Positions 26,470-39,272 of a stretch of 64,000 bases of DNA are shown piece after piece. The number at the start of each line of letters is the position of its first letter. The first letter of the stretch is position 1. The DNA is from Ruditapes philippinarum (Eukaryota), in NCBI RefSeq assembly GCF_026571515.1, contig NW_026865446.1, positions 186,001-250,000 of the forward strand. Reading direction: 5' to 3'. Both the position numbers and the translations under genes were made by a program. The notes below the pieces were generated by a model, which was not told where the DNA came from, ran no database searches, and saw nothing but the letters and a program-made list of their open reading frames with translations.

Positions 26470-26810
26470 CGCCGCTGATGCTGCTGCTGTACCTTACTTG
26501 CTGTCTAATGTTGTTGTTACTGTTGTTTGTTGTTGCATTTGCTGTTGGTATTGCTTCTGTTTGCTCTGTTTTCGTTCGTGCTGCTGCTGTTGTTATTATT
26601 GTTTATATTGCCTTTTTCTGATATTGTAGCAGCTCAAGTTGCCTTTTTGTTTGTGATGTTGTTGTACATTTTGTACCTGCTCCAGTTGTCATTTGATGTT
26701 AATGTTGATGATGCTGGTGGTGGTTGGGGTGATGAGGAGGAGGAGAAGAAGAGAAGGAGGAGGATGATAATGATGTCATTGTCTTTTTCTGTTGCTGCTT
26801 TTGCTGTTAA
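26470..26810. repeat. Degenerate trinucleotide low-complexity tract (TGT/TGC/GAT/GGA)
   Basis: Interrupted gttgtt, gctgct, gatgat and gaggag runs. Confidence 0.8.
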
Positions 26811-26850
26811 AATGTCTTATTTAAGGAGACTGCTTGGCCGAGAAAAATAT

Positions 26851-27100
26851 GTTTTGTTTGTTTGTTTCATTTTGTTTTACGTCCCAACAACACAGGTCTT
26901 ATGGCCACGTTCCAGCTTTACTGATTAAGGAAGACCCTTTCATGCCTTATTTCAGACACGAACAGGCACCTGAGTAGAACCACCACGTTCCATAAGCTAG
27001 CTGGATAGCTTTCACCAAATGAAAAATTCCAAAGTCCCTGTCGGAATTTGAATTCACAGCGGTGAGGGGCAAGTGATTTGAAGTCATATGACGACCATTG
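26851..27100 (-). mobile_element. tRNA-derived SINE (family 2), degenerate near-full-length copy
   Basis: (TTTG)n tail at the left end, body shared with the 19201 fragment, and a degenerate B-box/tRNA head at about 27035-27100. Confidence 0.65.
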
Positions 27101-28079
27101 ATTAGATTTAATAATTTGATTTACACGTCTTTAATCAGTAAAAACGTCTTTATCTGAGAGGTTACTTACTCGTCATTTTCCTTTTAACGTTATTCTTTTA
27201 GTAAATTCATATTCAAATATTGCATAGATATATAAAATGCAGGGCTTTTTATCTAATGCAGTGTCACAGGCCTTTGTATAAAAGAAGGATTAAGTTTCGA
27301 ATTTTTAGTTACAATGGCTGACATTCTGAAGTGGAAATGACGAATGACAATTTTATGCATATTTTTATTTAACCGTCAATGTTTGAATTGAATACAGATT
27401 ATTGATAGGTCTTTTTTTCCTTAAGATGTCAGATGCAAAAGCCTTTATGTTACTGTCCCCCACCATTAAGAATGCAATTACTTCCTTTGTCAAAATTACT
27501 TAATACCTGATTCTTCATTGCTTCAATGACATAGCAATTATTTTCATGGTGAAAACATTATCTAACAAAGTGCTGGAATATTCACCGTCCTATCAACATA
27601 AACTTTACATTTTTATGAGATCATAACTACCCGGGTATATAAGCTATAGAGCAAGAGTTGATAAAGTTGAGGTATGACTGCCGCATATCCAAGGTTTGCC
27701 TTTCACATGTCTTAAAAAATGGGGAAATATATATTAATAATTTTTTTCCAGTCACTGTTTTATTTAATTGACCGCTCGATCTAAGGCGTTTGCAAGGAAT
27801 GAATAGTAAATATTTCTAGGGGTGCTTCTGGGGGACAGAGGGGTTAAAATGACCAATAAAACCCCTACTTTATACCGTCCTCACCTGTGCATTTGAAATG
27901 AAATTGGTTTCTAGACAAACAGCCCCCTGCTGAAAAAACATAAAAAGAGTCAGGTGTGTGTTAAAGGTTTATGTATCTGTTATAAGGTATAGTAAGAAGC
28001 GACATGACCACCGAGGATTGGTATACAAACATTAGTACCAAAACATACCTGAAATGTGTTGCGAAATGACGATGATACG

Positions 28080-28437
28080 TGAACGATAGAGGTACCGTTT
28101 TTGGAGGTATACGATAAATTGCTCTATCGCTACTTCCGAGCTAGTGAATGTCGCTCAAATCAGGTGTCAACTAAAGTTATGGGTTGTCATTTTTTTCTCA
28201 TTTATTTTGTAAACCAGCTATCGAATTTAAAGAATGCTTTACCTTGTAGATTTGTTAAAAGTTTACAGGAAATGTAGAGTTAATAAATGTGTGTTTAAAA
28301 TAAAGTTGAAGCGGCGTTTCCCAGTGTGCGAATTTAGCGTTGCAATGGACAGCTTCATCATGAATCATGCACAAGCTTGGAAGTAGCGATAGAGCGATTT
28401 ACAGTATACCTTCGAAAAAGGTAGCTCTATTGCTTAC
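28080..28437. mobile_element. Foldback/MITE-like element with inverted repeats of about 70 bp
   Basis: gatagaggtacc...aggtatacgataaattgctctatcgctacttccgagc pairs with gcttggaagtagcgatagagcgatttacagtatacct...ggtagctctattg. Confidence 0.6.
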
Positions 28438-28651
28438 CAGGCGTGCATTACGGAGTTTGATGAAACATAAATTTGCGGGGTTTTTTTCCTCAAAAATTAA
28501 CCTTGAGACAAGTAACGTCCGTTGGAACTGAGAAATATTTTCATTAGGTATCGTGTTTATTTAGTTCTTAATTTGTGAATGATTTAGTATTATAGTCACA
28601 ATTAAAATGACAATTAATCTAAGTCGCGGCGAAAACTGTATTGTTTATTTA

Positions 28652-29055
28652 AGAAATAATGTATCCCAAACTGTGATTTTATAGCTCCATAACATCACTG
28701 TTTGGAGTTCGGATGCGAGGAATTATATCACGAGGGCGAAGCCCGAGTGATATAATGTTACGCATCCGAACGACAAACAGTGATGTTATCCAGCGATAAA
28801 ATCACCGATTTGGATATATTATTTCGATTCTAACACGACATAAACAAATAAATGCTGCCGTACCTGCTATTAAGCAAAATTGCCCCTGATTTGTTTCCGT
28901 ACTTATTTTCAGCGCGTCGGATTTCATAGTGGTTACGTCAAATGTACAATGATAACGTCACACGTCTAAACGCCAAACAGTGACTCTATTGCATAATAAT
29001 ACACACATTCGGTCCTTCTATGTTCAATAGGGAAAAATGCGGGTCGTGTTAGAAT
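28652..29055. mobile_element. Non-autonomous element with a long terminal palindrome (Crypton-like assignment tentative)
   Basis: Palindrome of about 170 bp (28652-28825) with apex gggcgaagccc, plus a second inverted pair attctaacacgac / gtcgtgttagaat. Confidence 0.55.
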
Positions 29056-29520
29056 ATGTATTTAGATCATTATTCAAATATCGTAATGAAATCATAAAAT
29101 GTTGCGATGAAATAGCAGATACACACCATTATATGCATCAACTGGGTTGTTAATACTTTATCATATCTTTTGGCTTAATTTAATTCTAGAAAATGAAGAT
29201 GAAAATATTAAATTCCTCCAATGATTTAGCCAACATATAATTCGAAAACCATGGACTGATGATTATTACCTTGTATAGGAGTAAGGGGCAGGTGTAATAT
29301 ACATTGTATTTCTTGAGTTTATATCAGGATATGTCAAGGAATATGAGATAATTTGCATCAGCTACAGCATTATCTTATTCTTTTATTTAGTGTTGTTGCA
29401 TGTTTCTGGTTCTCTTGTGATTAAAGATCCCAATATTTTTAGTGTTTATGATTGGATACTTCTATTATCTACCGGTGCTAGGGAGCATCAGCGATGTTGA
29501 AAATTCTCTTTATAACCAAG

Positions 29521-29649
29521 NNNNNNNNNNNNNNNNNNNNNNNNNNNNNNNNNNNNNNNNNNNNNNNNNNNNNNNNNNNNNNNNNNNNNNNNNNNNNNNN
29601 NNNNNNNNNNNNNNNNNNNNNNNNNNNNNNNNNNNNNNNNNNNNNNNNN
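29521..29649. other. Assembly gap (N)
   Basis: N run. Confidence 1.
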
Positions 29650-30891
29650 TTAATGATTTCAAGAAGGCATTCTTACAAAAAAAGTGCAGACATGTATATT
29701 TTTGTAAAAGTACATAAAGTAGAACATTGGGAAAATTTCAGCGTTTCTTTTATTGTAACTTGAGTGTAAATGTCATTGAAACTGGATGCACATGTAAGAG
29801 TAATGATTGTGTCATGTTTCGACATGACAACACATTAATAATGGTATAACAACCATCTGTCTTGATTTTTTACTGGTTAAAAATATACTTGGATAAAAAT
29901 GGGCTTAAGTCACTTCAAATAATAGATTCAAAAACAAAGGGTGTTATAACTGTAATTAATAAAACTGAGTATGAAAAAGCCCAAACTATTCGGACTTACA
30001 AATGTGGATTTATTTCTCAAAGAACATGTTAAGACATACATTTATAGTACATATTTGATAACTGTCATGTTATTTATTTGTAAAAGCAATTGTATTCTAA
30101 AAATGCATTTGATATAACAATCTTGACGGATTCAAGCAAAGTTAGTGTTAAAATATCATTAGTTAAATTGGCCGCATTAATTGCGGTCCTCAATTCCCGC
30201 AAGAAAAAATACAATGTAAAAAGAAATTATACATAACAATTGTATCCGATATGTTCTTATTTTGTGACAGAAAACTCTTTTCTTTAAGGTTCATTATGTC
30301 TCAAAAACGAATAAAAATATTTAAAAAGTTGAACATGAGTTTTAAAATGTCGAAATAATTGGTTTAAGAGCATGTGACCTAGCTTATTACCCGAGGAATG
30401 TAGCGCTGAATGTGAGATTATTTGCCATAAAAGTAGCAAAATGTAAACAATTTAGTATTTTGACCTCCATACAAAGTAATAAAACAACATAACTGAACTT
30501 ATTCCCAAAAACCAACAGATACAAACTATTATTCAGGTGATTTGCCAAAAATAAAAGACCCTTAAATAATAAGCCTTTTTCAGGAATAAAAATAAAAGCA
30601 TTTCTGGGACATATTGTGCCTTTAATGAATACACATTTTCCAAAGGGTTGTGTGGATATGATTTCTAATAGTGTACCGTTTTCATATTATCTGCCATTAA
30701 CCTTGCTATGAGTGTTTGTATTATAAGTATTGTTGATATATCCTGTTCCCTATTCTTTTTTATTTCTACTCAAAATATATCTATGTGACAAGTCTGTCAC
30801 GTTTTGATTTCATTCTGTTATATAAACAAAACATCGTTGGCAAAGAAAGTCATGAAAAACCCAATAACAACCGAAACTATACAAGTAGAAA

Positions 30892-33840
30892 TTATATGGC
30901 AAACACTCTACATAGTTCCAGGATTGTACAAATAAACAGAAGAAAGTAGTTGACACAGATCTTTTGAAAACCGTTTCCAGATCCATTTGATTTCCCTGTA
31001 CCACTTCCGGTTCCAGATCCACTTGATTGCCCTGTACCACTTCCGGTTCCAGATCCACTATTTCCCGATTTGTGTCCGGTACCAGACGTAGAAGAATTTA
31101 TCCCGCTTGTAGTTCCTCCACCACCGCTTCCACCACCTCTTAAACCACTCCCATTTCCTCCAGCACCGCCTATCGCAACAGCACCGCCTCCTGAATGAAT
31201 TGGTGTCGTACCTGTAATAGAGATAAACACAATAATCACATAAAAATGCATTTGTTCATATTTGTGAACCAAATTGACTGGATAGAGAAGGAAAACAAAT
31301 GCGTACTTAACGTTCAACCCTCATGGAACAGATAATTAAGTCGATGACTCCAAATCATAGTCATTTCTCTGAAGAAATACTATAACATACCGTTTTATTC
31401 GCAATATGTAAATGCCAATTAGCATTGCTATTAAGAAATTAAAAGAGCCATAATATAGAGTTCATAAGTTTGGATATCTTTTTTGAAACACAAAATTGAC
31501 TCAGTTTTGGTCTTAAGACTGATCTCGGATTTAAGTCTTTGTATGATTAAAAATTGGTTTAACCTTATTGTTATTATAATTATCATATTATTGAATAAAA
31601 CAAGTTAGTCAGTCTCCTAAATAAGATCATGGGTATAAATGAGTATAAATTATATTACTTATATAAGACTAATTCATAATCAGAAACTATTCCAGATTGA
31701 AAACTTGCCGCCGGAAAATAGATTAAAATGATGGTACCAGCATATTTAACAAGTCACAATAGCGATAAGGTATACATAAAGCAGAATAAAACGATAGAAT
31801 GAACGATAAATTATAAACAATGACATAACAATATTCTGTAGTAAAGATAGTTCTCTAGATATCCATTTCAATAACACAAAATAGTGAAAGAAAAAAACAA
31901 TTTTAGAGCGCAAAGAACGTCTAAATTGTAAATGTTACAGACTCAGTTTTATTAAGCCTATACATGTGTGGCAAGGGAATGTGCAATATACCGTCAATGC
32001 CCACTGGGAGCACTGGCTTTCACTTGTTTCATCACTTGAACTTACTAGGACATCTGCAGCCGTATTGTATCTGAAAATCTGGACATATAGAATCCTTCGA
32101 GGTGTTGTATGGATTGCAGATGAGTCCGTTTGTGATGTCACATTTTGCGATATATTTGATGACGGAGTCATTCCTGAAGCCGGTAAAGGATTCGCCTTTT
32201 GAATCCTTGCACCTTGCAGCGGTTATTGGTCCATTTGCGCATACAGAATCAAGAACATTCGCTGACTGTTGCTCGTATTCGGATCTTAAGTAAAACAAAT
32301 ACATTTTGAATTGTATTGCAGGGAAAAGTAATTCATTATAATTTGTTGTACAATAACTTTCGTGATTTTCATGGAAAGATCAATCAACGAATTTAAGATC
32401 CGACGAAAAATTATCATTTACTCATATGATCATTTACAAAATATAATTACATTTTATTTGATTTTATTATTATTATTATTTATTTATTTTATTATAATTA
32501 TTATTTTGTTTTTGCAAAACAAACAACCCAAGAAAATGTCCTTTAAAAAGCCGCTAAAATTAATGCCAACTAAGAAAGTGAATACTTTTTAATCGTAATT
32601 AAAAGCTTTGTCTAAAATAGAATTGATATTTCGATTTCTATAACACTATCTCTCTTTACATCTCTAACATCGAGAAATATGTAAAATATGTACTGCAAAT
32701 ATTAATGACCAATATATGTTATCATTAAAATATATGCATTCATTTCTTATTGAAAAAAATTGACTAAGACTTTATAGAAAATAAATTTCTAATTACCTCC
32801 GTTTATTTACATGAAATGTTGAATTTGGTTATATATTTATAAATAATGCTTTTTGGAACTTACAATATTGATAAATCGTAATTTGATCATCATAAGAATG
32901 ATACAAAAATTGTGTTACAGGATCTTTAACTAATGCAAATATTTTTTTTAATTTTATTAACAAAAACGAGAATAATTTTGTAATCACATTCATGAATTGG
33001 CCTACTGAATGTAACATAAGTGGAAACATTATTTCATTTCCGGCCCATTGCATGTTTTTTTACAACGTGTATTTTACCTGTTTAACTTTGTTGGAGCCGA
33101 ACTGTTGAACCATTTAGTATCCCAGCATATTGTTGGAATCGTTGTCTGACCTAAATAAAACCAACATATAAACACTGATAATTGCTCGCAAATTTAACTG
33201 CAATGATCTGTAATGGAAGGTGTGTATGTAATACGATGAAAAATTACGCTGATAATATTTAGTATAAGACATAACAACAAGCAAAGAAATAATTTAACAT
33301 AGAAGTTGTTAGCAAGTGTGAGATATATGATCCGATATTACATTTATTTATGTAGCAGATACGTACATGTATAAAAGTGATCTCGAACAAAATAGTATTA
33401 TTCATCAGTTAAAAGATAATTCTAATTCACTTACAACTTTATAAACATTTTTCATTCAAGCAGCATTTTTATAAGAAATAGAAATGATACATTTCTATTT
33501 TTTCATTATTTTTTGAAATACTTATGGAAAATGTGCCCATTATAAATTAATCCACTTAAAATGATTTATTTTTGTTCTGCTTGAAATGGATGATTTTATA
33601 CAAGGTCCATTAAACTTCTATTGGATCTCTAATATAGCCTTAAATATTCATTTGGCAGTTATTTTAAGCTATGTTCAATGTTTACATAAATGTAAAAAGA
33701 CAAAACTTTCTTCACAAGCATCATTAACAAATCAGAAAGAAAAAGAACAATTTATGAAAATAAAGAAAAATAAAACATTTCTTACCGTATACTACAATGA
33801 AGCCTGCAAATGCTATTAGAAAAAACGCGCGACCACCCAT
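30892..33840 (-). CDS. Signal peptide - CysD/WxxW-like (Mucin2_WxxW) domain - Gly/Ser-rich stalk - GPI-like tail (228 aa, 4 exons)
   Basis: Exons 33840-33786, 33150-33078, 32284-32046 and 31211-30892 (phases 1,2,1) give MGGRAFFLIAFAGFIVVYGQTTIPTICWDTKWFNSSAPTKLNRSEYEQQSANVLDSVCANGPITAARCKDSKGE...AKCDITNGLICNPYNTSKDSICPDFQIQYGCRCPSTTPIHSGGG...GSGNGFQKICVNYFLLFICTILELCRVFAI*. Confidence 0.85.
32660..32930. mobile_element. Partial third copy of the AGATC/TTAA MITE
   Basis: Aligns with 4875-5124 and ends ttacaggatctttaa. Confidence 0.65.
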
Positions 33841-35656
33841 GATAATAATTCTCGAAATCACACTTTTGAATTTGATTCTGTGATATACTTAACAATATAT
33901 CTGTCCAATATCTTAAGGAATTCGAGGCCCGAAAAGTGACCGGACATTATCACATTGTTCATTTTAAAGTTTAAAGTAGCATACCTTCAGATTCTTGCTA
34001 ATTTTAAAATTGTATTAAAAGGTAAAATATTGTCAAGTGTACAAAGAAAGTAATATACACATTGCACTTTCAGTCCACGTCAAATACAAAGTAAAGGTCA
34101 AAATATGCAATACAATTACATTGTATACTAGTCCTTATCTGTAAACATACATTGTTTATACTGCAAAATCAACCATTCATTGATTGATTGCAAATAACAT
34201 GTAAATGTTAACTTGAATTGTGAATTTTTATTAATTTTCCCAGAATCTTTTTTTATATGAACAAATAGTTAACATTATAAAATTTGAGCATTATATATCT
34301 GTAATATATTTAAACCCTTTTTTCCTTGATATTTCTTGTTTGTTTAATAAGGCTTGAAAGTTACCGGATATCACCGTTAATAAATGGATCGTTAAACTGT
34401 AAAGGTAAAGACAACAACATTAACTTTAACATACAAGTCACGTGACATTAATGTGTTGTATCTAGACATAGAGTTTTTAAACATATAACTTTCATATATA
34501 TAAGTATGTTGAGACAATGAACGTTACCTAACAAAAAGTGATACTAAATGTTATTTTTCAAAATCAGAAGCTTTCTTTAATACTGTTATTTTTCAAATGA
34601 TATTGCCATAATTTAAACAGTGATCTAAACCACTTGAAGGGCATTCAAATATTCAATTTATATTCATCTTTTTATTAAAAATCATCGAGTTGTTGGGGTA
34701 AGCAATTGTCATTATTTTGAACATTTGAAGTATTTACTTAATGATAATAAATTGGAAAGTTTAACACTTACTTTGGCCTTAGCAGTGGTAATAAATGATT
34801 AAACAATGTACGAAATGAGAAGAGTCGCAAAGCGCATTGATAAAGATGGGATTAACTTTCAATACATTATTGCCAAGGTCCGTGTAAAGATGTGGATTAA
34901 ATTATAAATGACTGTGTTTATCTTTAAATCTCTATTTGTATGACATTTGAATATTAAACTTTTATGAGTGAAGTAACGGCGTAGATTATTTTAACGAAAC
35001 GACATACATTATGTGTGTATGGTTTGTGAGGTATTATTTCTACTTCTATATTAGTGCATAGACAACTTTATTTCTACTTTTGTTTAAAATTTACACTTCA
35101 TTGCTGTCCATTTGTGTTATATAGAATAATGAAACTATATTTGTTTTGCCATATTATATGTTTCGTTACATTTATGATGTTGTGTCATGTCAAAGTAAAA
35201 CAAACAAAAAAAAACAAAATAAAAATTAAATAGTAATAGATATAATTAAGTTCATGGGTGTTAAAAGTATTTCTTAAAGATATAGAAAAAAACAAGTAGG
35301 TTTTTGGATATTTCTTCATAAAGGAAAATATGTCCCGTAATTAGCCGGTAAAGTAAAACTGATTATAAAAATGTTTTTACAATGCTATATAGTCTATATA
35401 ATATCTGACATACGCAGGTTTAAAAAAAAATAAGTACAGGAAGAATCCTACATTATATGGTGTGTGGCATCTTATAATAACACTAAAACAATAAAGTTTG
35501 ATAACTAGAGAAATGAGTTTTAAAGATTACCAAACATGACATGACATTTTAACATTTCATATCTTTACAAAAACAGAAGTAAAATCTCTGTAAGCTTTAA
35601 ATTTACCGAAATGTTGCTATAACATATGTCACTCAATGTTTCCGTTATTCAAAATT

Positions 35657-38600
35657 CTACAGTACTAATCTTAACACAATCGTCGATGCAATGAACAACA
35701 GTCCAGCGTTTTTGAAACGCTGGGCACTGTTTCGGCAACGGTGCTTTCGCGCACTTGTTGCAGATTTACTTCCGTTCCCGCCATTACCGGTACTGTCTCC
35801 GGTCATCGCTGTGGTTTTAAGAGATGTACTCTGAGCAGTTGAGATGGAATTTTTCGTCTCCGGGGTTGTTTCTTTACTAGAAGCGATTGTAACAACTGGG
35901 GTTGTTTTCAAACCATTGCTTGGTGTTACACCAGCCCCTTGAATAAAAAAAATATTTGTTTTCATAATTATGCATGTACTGTTGACAAAGAAAAACTCTC
36001 TAAATCTATAAATGGCAAATGATAAAAAATCTGCATGTATTAAAGATATTTTCATATAAAATAATGGTTCTATTTTTGATGAACAGAAATATGCCAGATT
36101 TAATTTTCTATTTATTGCCTGAAGAAACGTTTCTTTGGATGCATTGTAGCAGTTTCACAAAATTAAATTCGTACTCGACAGAAGAAGAAAACATAATTGT
36201 TAATTTTGAGCAATGATTTACATTACCTCCACTTTGTGTAGTTGAGCAATCGCATCCATACTGGATCGCATAGTCTGGACACGTTGCATTTGGATCATTT
36301 TCATATGGTTTGCAAATAAGTCCATTGACAATAGAACATGTTAAAATGACTTTGTTAACTGAATCATTCTTAAACGCACCAGTTTCTTCTTTTTTAGCAT
36401 CCATGCATTTCGCGGCAATTAGTGAACCTTGTGTGCAAATTTTGTTTAGAACACTTGCTGGTTGGTGCTCATAATTTGATCTGAAATGTTAATCCAGCTG
36501 AAAACTAGTTTCTTTTAAAAAGACAAAAACAACATTTTGTCATACAAATTACATAAGTTATAAATAGGTTGCCATCAGTGATGAAAAGAAAACAACTCTT
36601 TTTAAAGTTAACTAATGTGCTTACAAGCGTGTATACACCGTCATGAAGTGTAAATGTCTTACAATAGCACACTTATCTGTGGGTGTGAATAAAATGTTTA
36701 AATTTGATGACAAAAAGGTTTTCTGTGAAAGCAGCATGCCTCCAGTTTATGTTCTTGCATTTTTAAAAATCGTTTTAAAAGTAAAGTATTGTGAAATGAA
36801 CGAAGAGAGGTATTTACACATTCGCAAACGTCGCTTACAATACACATACGTTTTCAGAAAGAGCACAGAATATGAAAAAATAGACCTTACTGCGTTAGTA
36901 ACGTAGTAAAAGTATGGTGATAAATACCTAAAAACCAGAAATCGCTTTACTCTCCTTTAAATGTTATTACATTTTTCTCAAGGTTGATTTACTGGAACTA
37001 TTTTGGCTCATCTAGAGGTATGCAGCTTTAAAATCTTTCTTTGAAACATTCATTTTGACTATTAAAAACACATATTATTTCAATGATACAAATCATAAAA
37101 TTATTTCATTAAATTTTATTATTAATAAACGATTTTGACAATTGGAAATGTTCTTCAAAACTCAAACTTTTACCTTACAATTGATGAGTAGAGAGAAAAG
37201 AACTTACCCGTTCGTTAATGTAAGAGAATCATTGTATATGGTAGAATCCCAGCAAACTGACCGGCCTGAATTGAAAAGGAAAATATATATAATAGATGCC
37301 AAAATACATTTTATAAATAGTAATTCTTTTGCTATACCGATGATCGTAAAACACTATTCTTACGATGGAAATTAATTGTGTAGCACTTACTGGCATTACC
37401 ATTATGATAAAGTCAAAACGCATACAGATGACTAGAAAGATTAAGTGAGGGTACTGTAATAGGAGTGACCTTGTAACTTAAGCAATATGCCTGTATTGCA
37501 CCTTCTTGCTATTATTGACATTGTGCTTTACATACACAATGAACATACCAGAAGACTCTGGTTAGTTGTTAAAATAGTTCATACTTGCATTTTACCAAGT
37601 TATAAATAAAATGCAAATTATCAAGTTATACAGAAAGGTCAAAAGAAAAGAACAATTATAATTGTTTATATCAGCTTGACTTGATGTATGTTCTGTTTTT
37701 TAAAACTATTATTAAAACTAGTATAATTAACGAACTCTTGACAAGCCCGTCATGTGTTTTTCCAACAACATAAAAAAATCGCTGTAAATATATGAAATGC
37801 TATTATTTTCTTTTAAAATTAAATTTTAGAGCATTTAAGTTCAGTTTAGGGTAAAAATCAAATCATCAAAAATTAAAACTAAATTTTGGTTACTTTCCTG
37901 TTTATTTTGAATCCCGTAAGAAGTAAACAATATCTACACTAACTAAATGAAAGAATTGAAAATGCCTCTTAATATAATTAGAAACCAAGATAAGAACTAC
38001 ACTTAGACGTGAAATAAAATGTAAAATGTGTTATAATGATAGCATCGAAGGCGAAATCATTTCTTGTTTATAATTGTAAAATTATTGATTGTTCGGAACA
38101 ACCAAAAACACATTTTAAACAGTGAATAAGAATGTATGTAAAACACAATGACAATTATGGCAAGAAGGTACACTTTTATATATATTCTTTCGATAGAATT
38201 TAAGTAAGTTTCGTAGTTAAACATTTCCGTGTTATATATTTAAAACGCGTGTTATTTAAAGAGTATTTTATAGAGCATTTTGCTTCTAATATGAGTTATG
38301 TTTTTCACAATATATGATAAATGATTCTTATTAAGAATAAATAAATTAAATATTTTTATGTCTTTTTTATGTCTTTGTTATATAAAGTTATTATTTTAAA
38401 TCATCGCATATATTACAAATGAGTTTATGGTAGTAAAAAAGTAAAGTAGCATTGTTGTATTTATTTTTACGTTGAGTTAAAATTTGTCTAATGTTTAAAA
38501 TAACCATTTGCCCATCTAAAAAATATTAATGGTAAGTTCATAGAAAAAAGTCAAATAACTTTACATATTGTTTTAAGTGCGTTCAATTTTATATTTTACT

Positions 38601-39053
38601 ATGCAAAAATAATCAATAGTCCAGGTAATCAGCGGAAATTTCTATAAATATGTATCACTGACATTCAATTTTTAAAAGGGGTGGAGTGATCGTCTTATAA
38701 GTAAGGAAGCTTTTCATTTTTTATTCTAAACATTTTTGATTATCAATTATGGGTCAGTTGTCCTTATAGTAACCAATCTCTTGAAATAATTATATTACAA
38801 ATTCAAGTCCACATGACATTTAGCTTAATATGTACTTTAAGTCTACTTTAATGTAGACCTATCATTTTATTCCAAACCTTTCACTTTGAATAAATATTTT
38901 GCCAGATTCATATTTCGATGTTGTTTTGATTGATTTTAAAGCTTACCCGAGTCTTATTAAATAAAGATTACCGAACCATTCATGGATTATCTTACCGTTT
39001 ACATAATAAGAACACAGAATCAAAGCAAAAAAACTAAAATATAACTCCATCAT
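35657..39053 (-). CDS. Signal peptide - CysD/WxxW-like domain - Thr/Ser-rich stalk - GPI-like tail (216 aa, 4 exons)
   Basis: Exons 39053-38996, 37265-37208, 36480-36227 and 35937-35657 (phases 1,2,1) give MMELYFSFFALILCSYYVNGRSVCWDSTIYNDSLTLTNGSNYEHQPASVLNKICTQGSLIAAKCMDAKKEE...TCSIVNGLICKPYENDPNATCPDYAIQYGCDCSTTQSGGAGVTPSNGLKTTPVVT...CRNSAQRFKNAGLLFIASTIVLRLVL*. Confidence 0.85.
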
Positions 39054-39200
39054 ATTTTCTTTGCTGATAAAAAAGGAATGACTAACTATATTTTTATAAC
39101 ATTTCATTTATAAAAGTATAGATAAATGCCTATACAAAAGTTTCAAGAGGCCCAGACATGAATTATAGATAATATATTCCCGAGGTAGGTGTTTATTTTT

Positions 39201-39272
39201 TGTGTGTGTGTGTGTGTGCGCGTGTGCGCGCGTGCGTGCGTGCGTGTGTTGGTGTCTGCGTGTGCATGTGCG
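39201..39272. repeat. (TG)n/(CG)n microsatellite just upstream of the 39053 start codon
   Basis: tgtgtgtg...gcgcgcgtgcgtgcg. Confidence 0.9.

Noticed and set aside
26441-26928. Leu/Cys-rich ORFs resembling membrane or Cys-rich proteins
   Set aside because: They come from trinucleotide low-complexity DNA running into a SINE tail, with no exon context.
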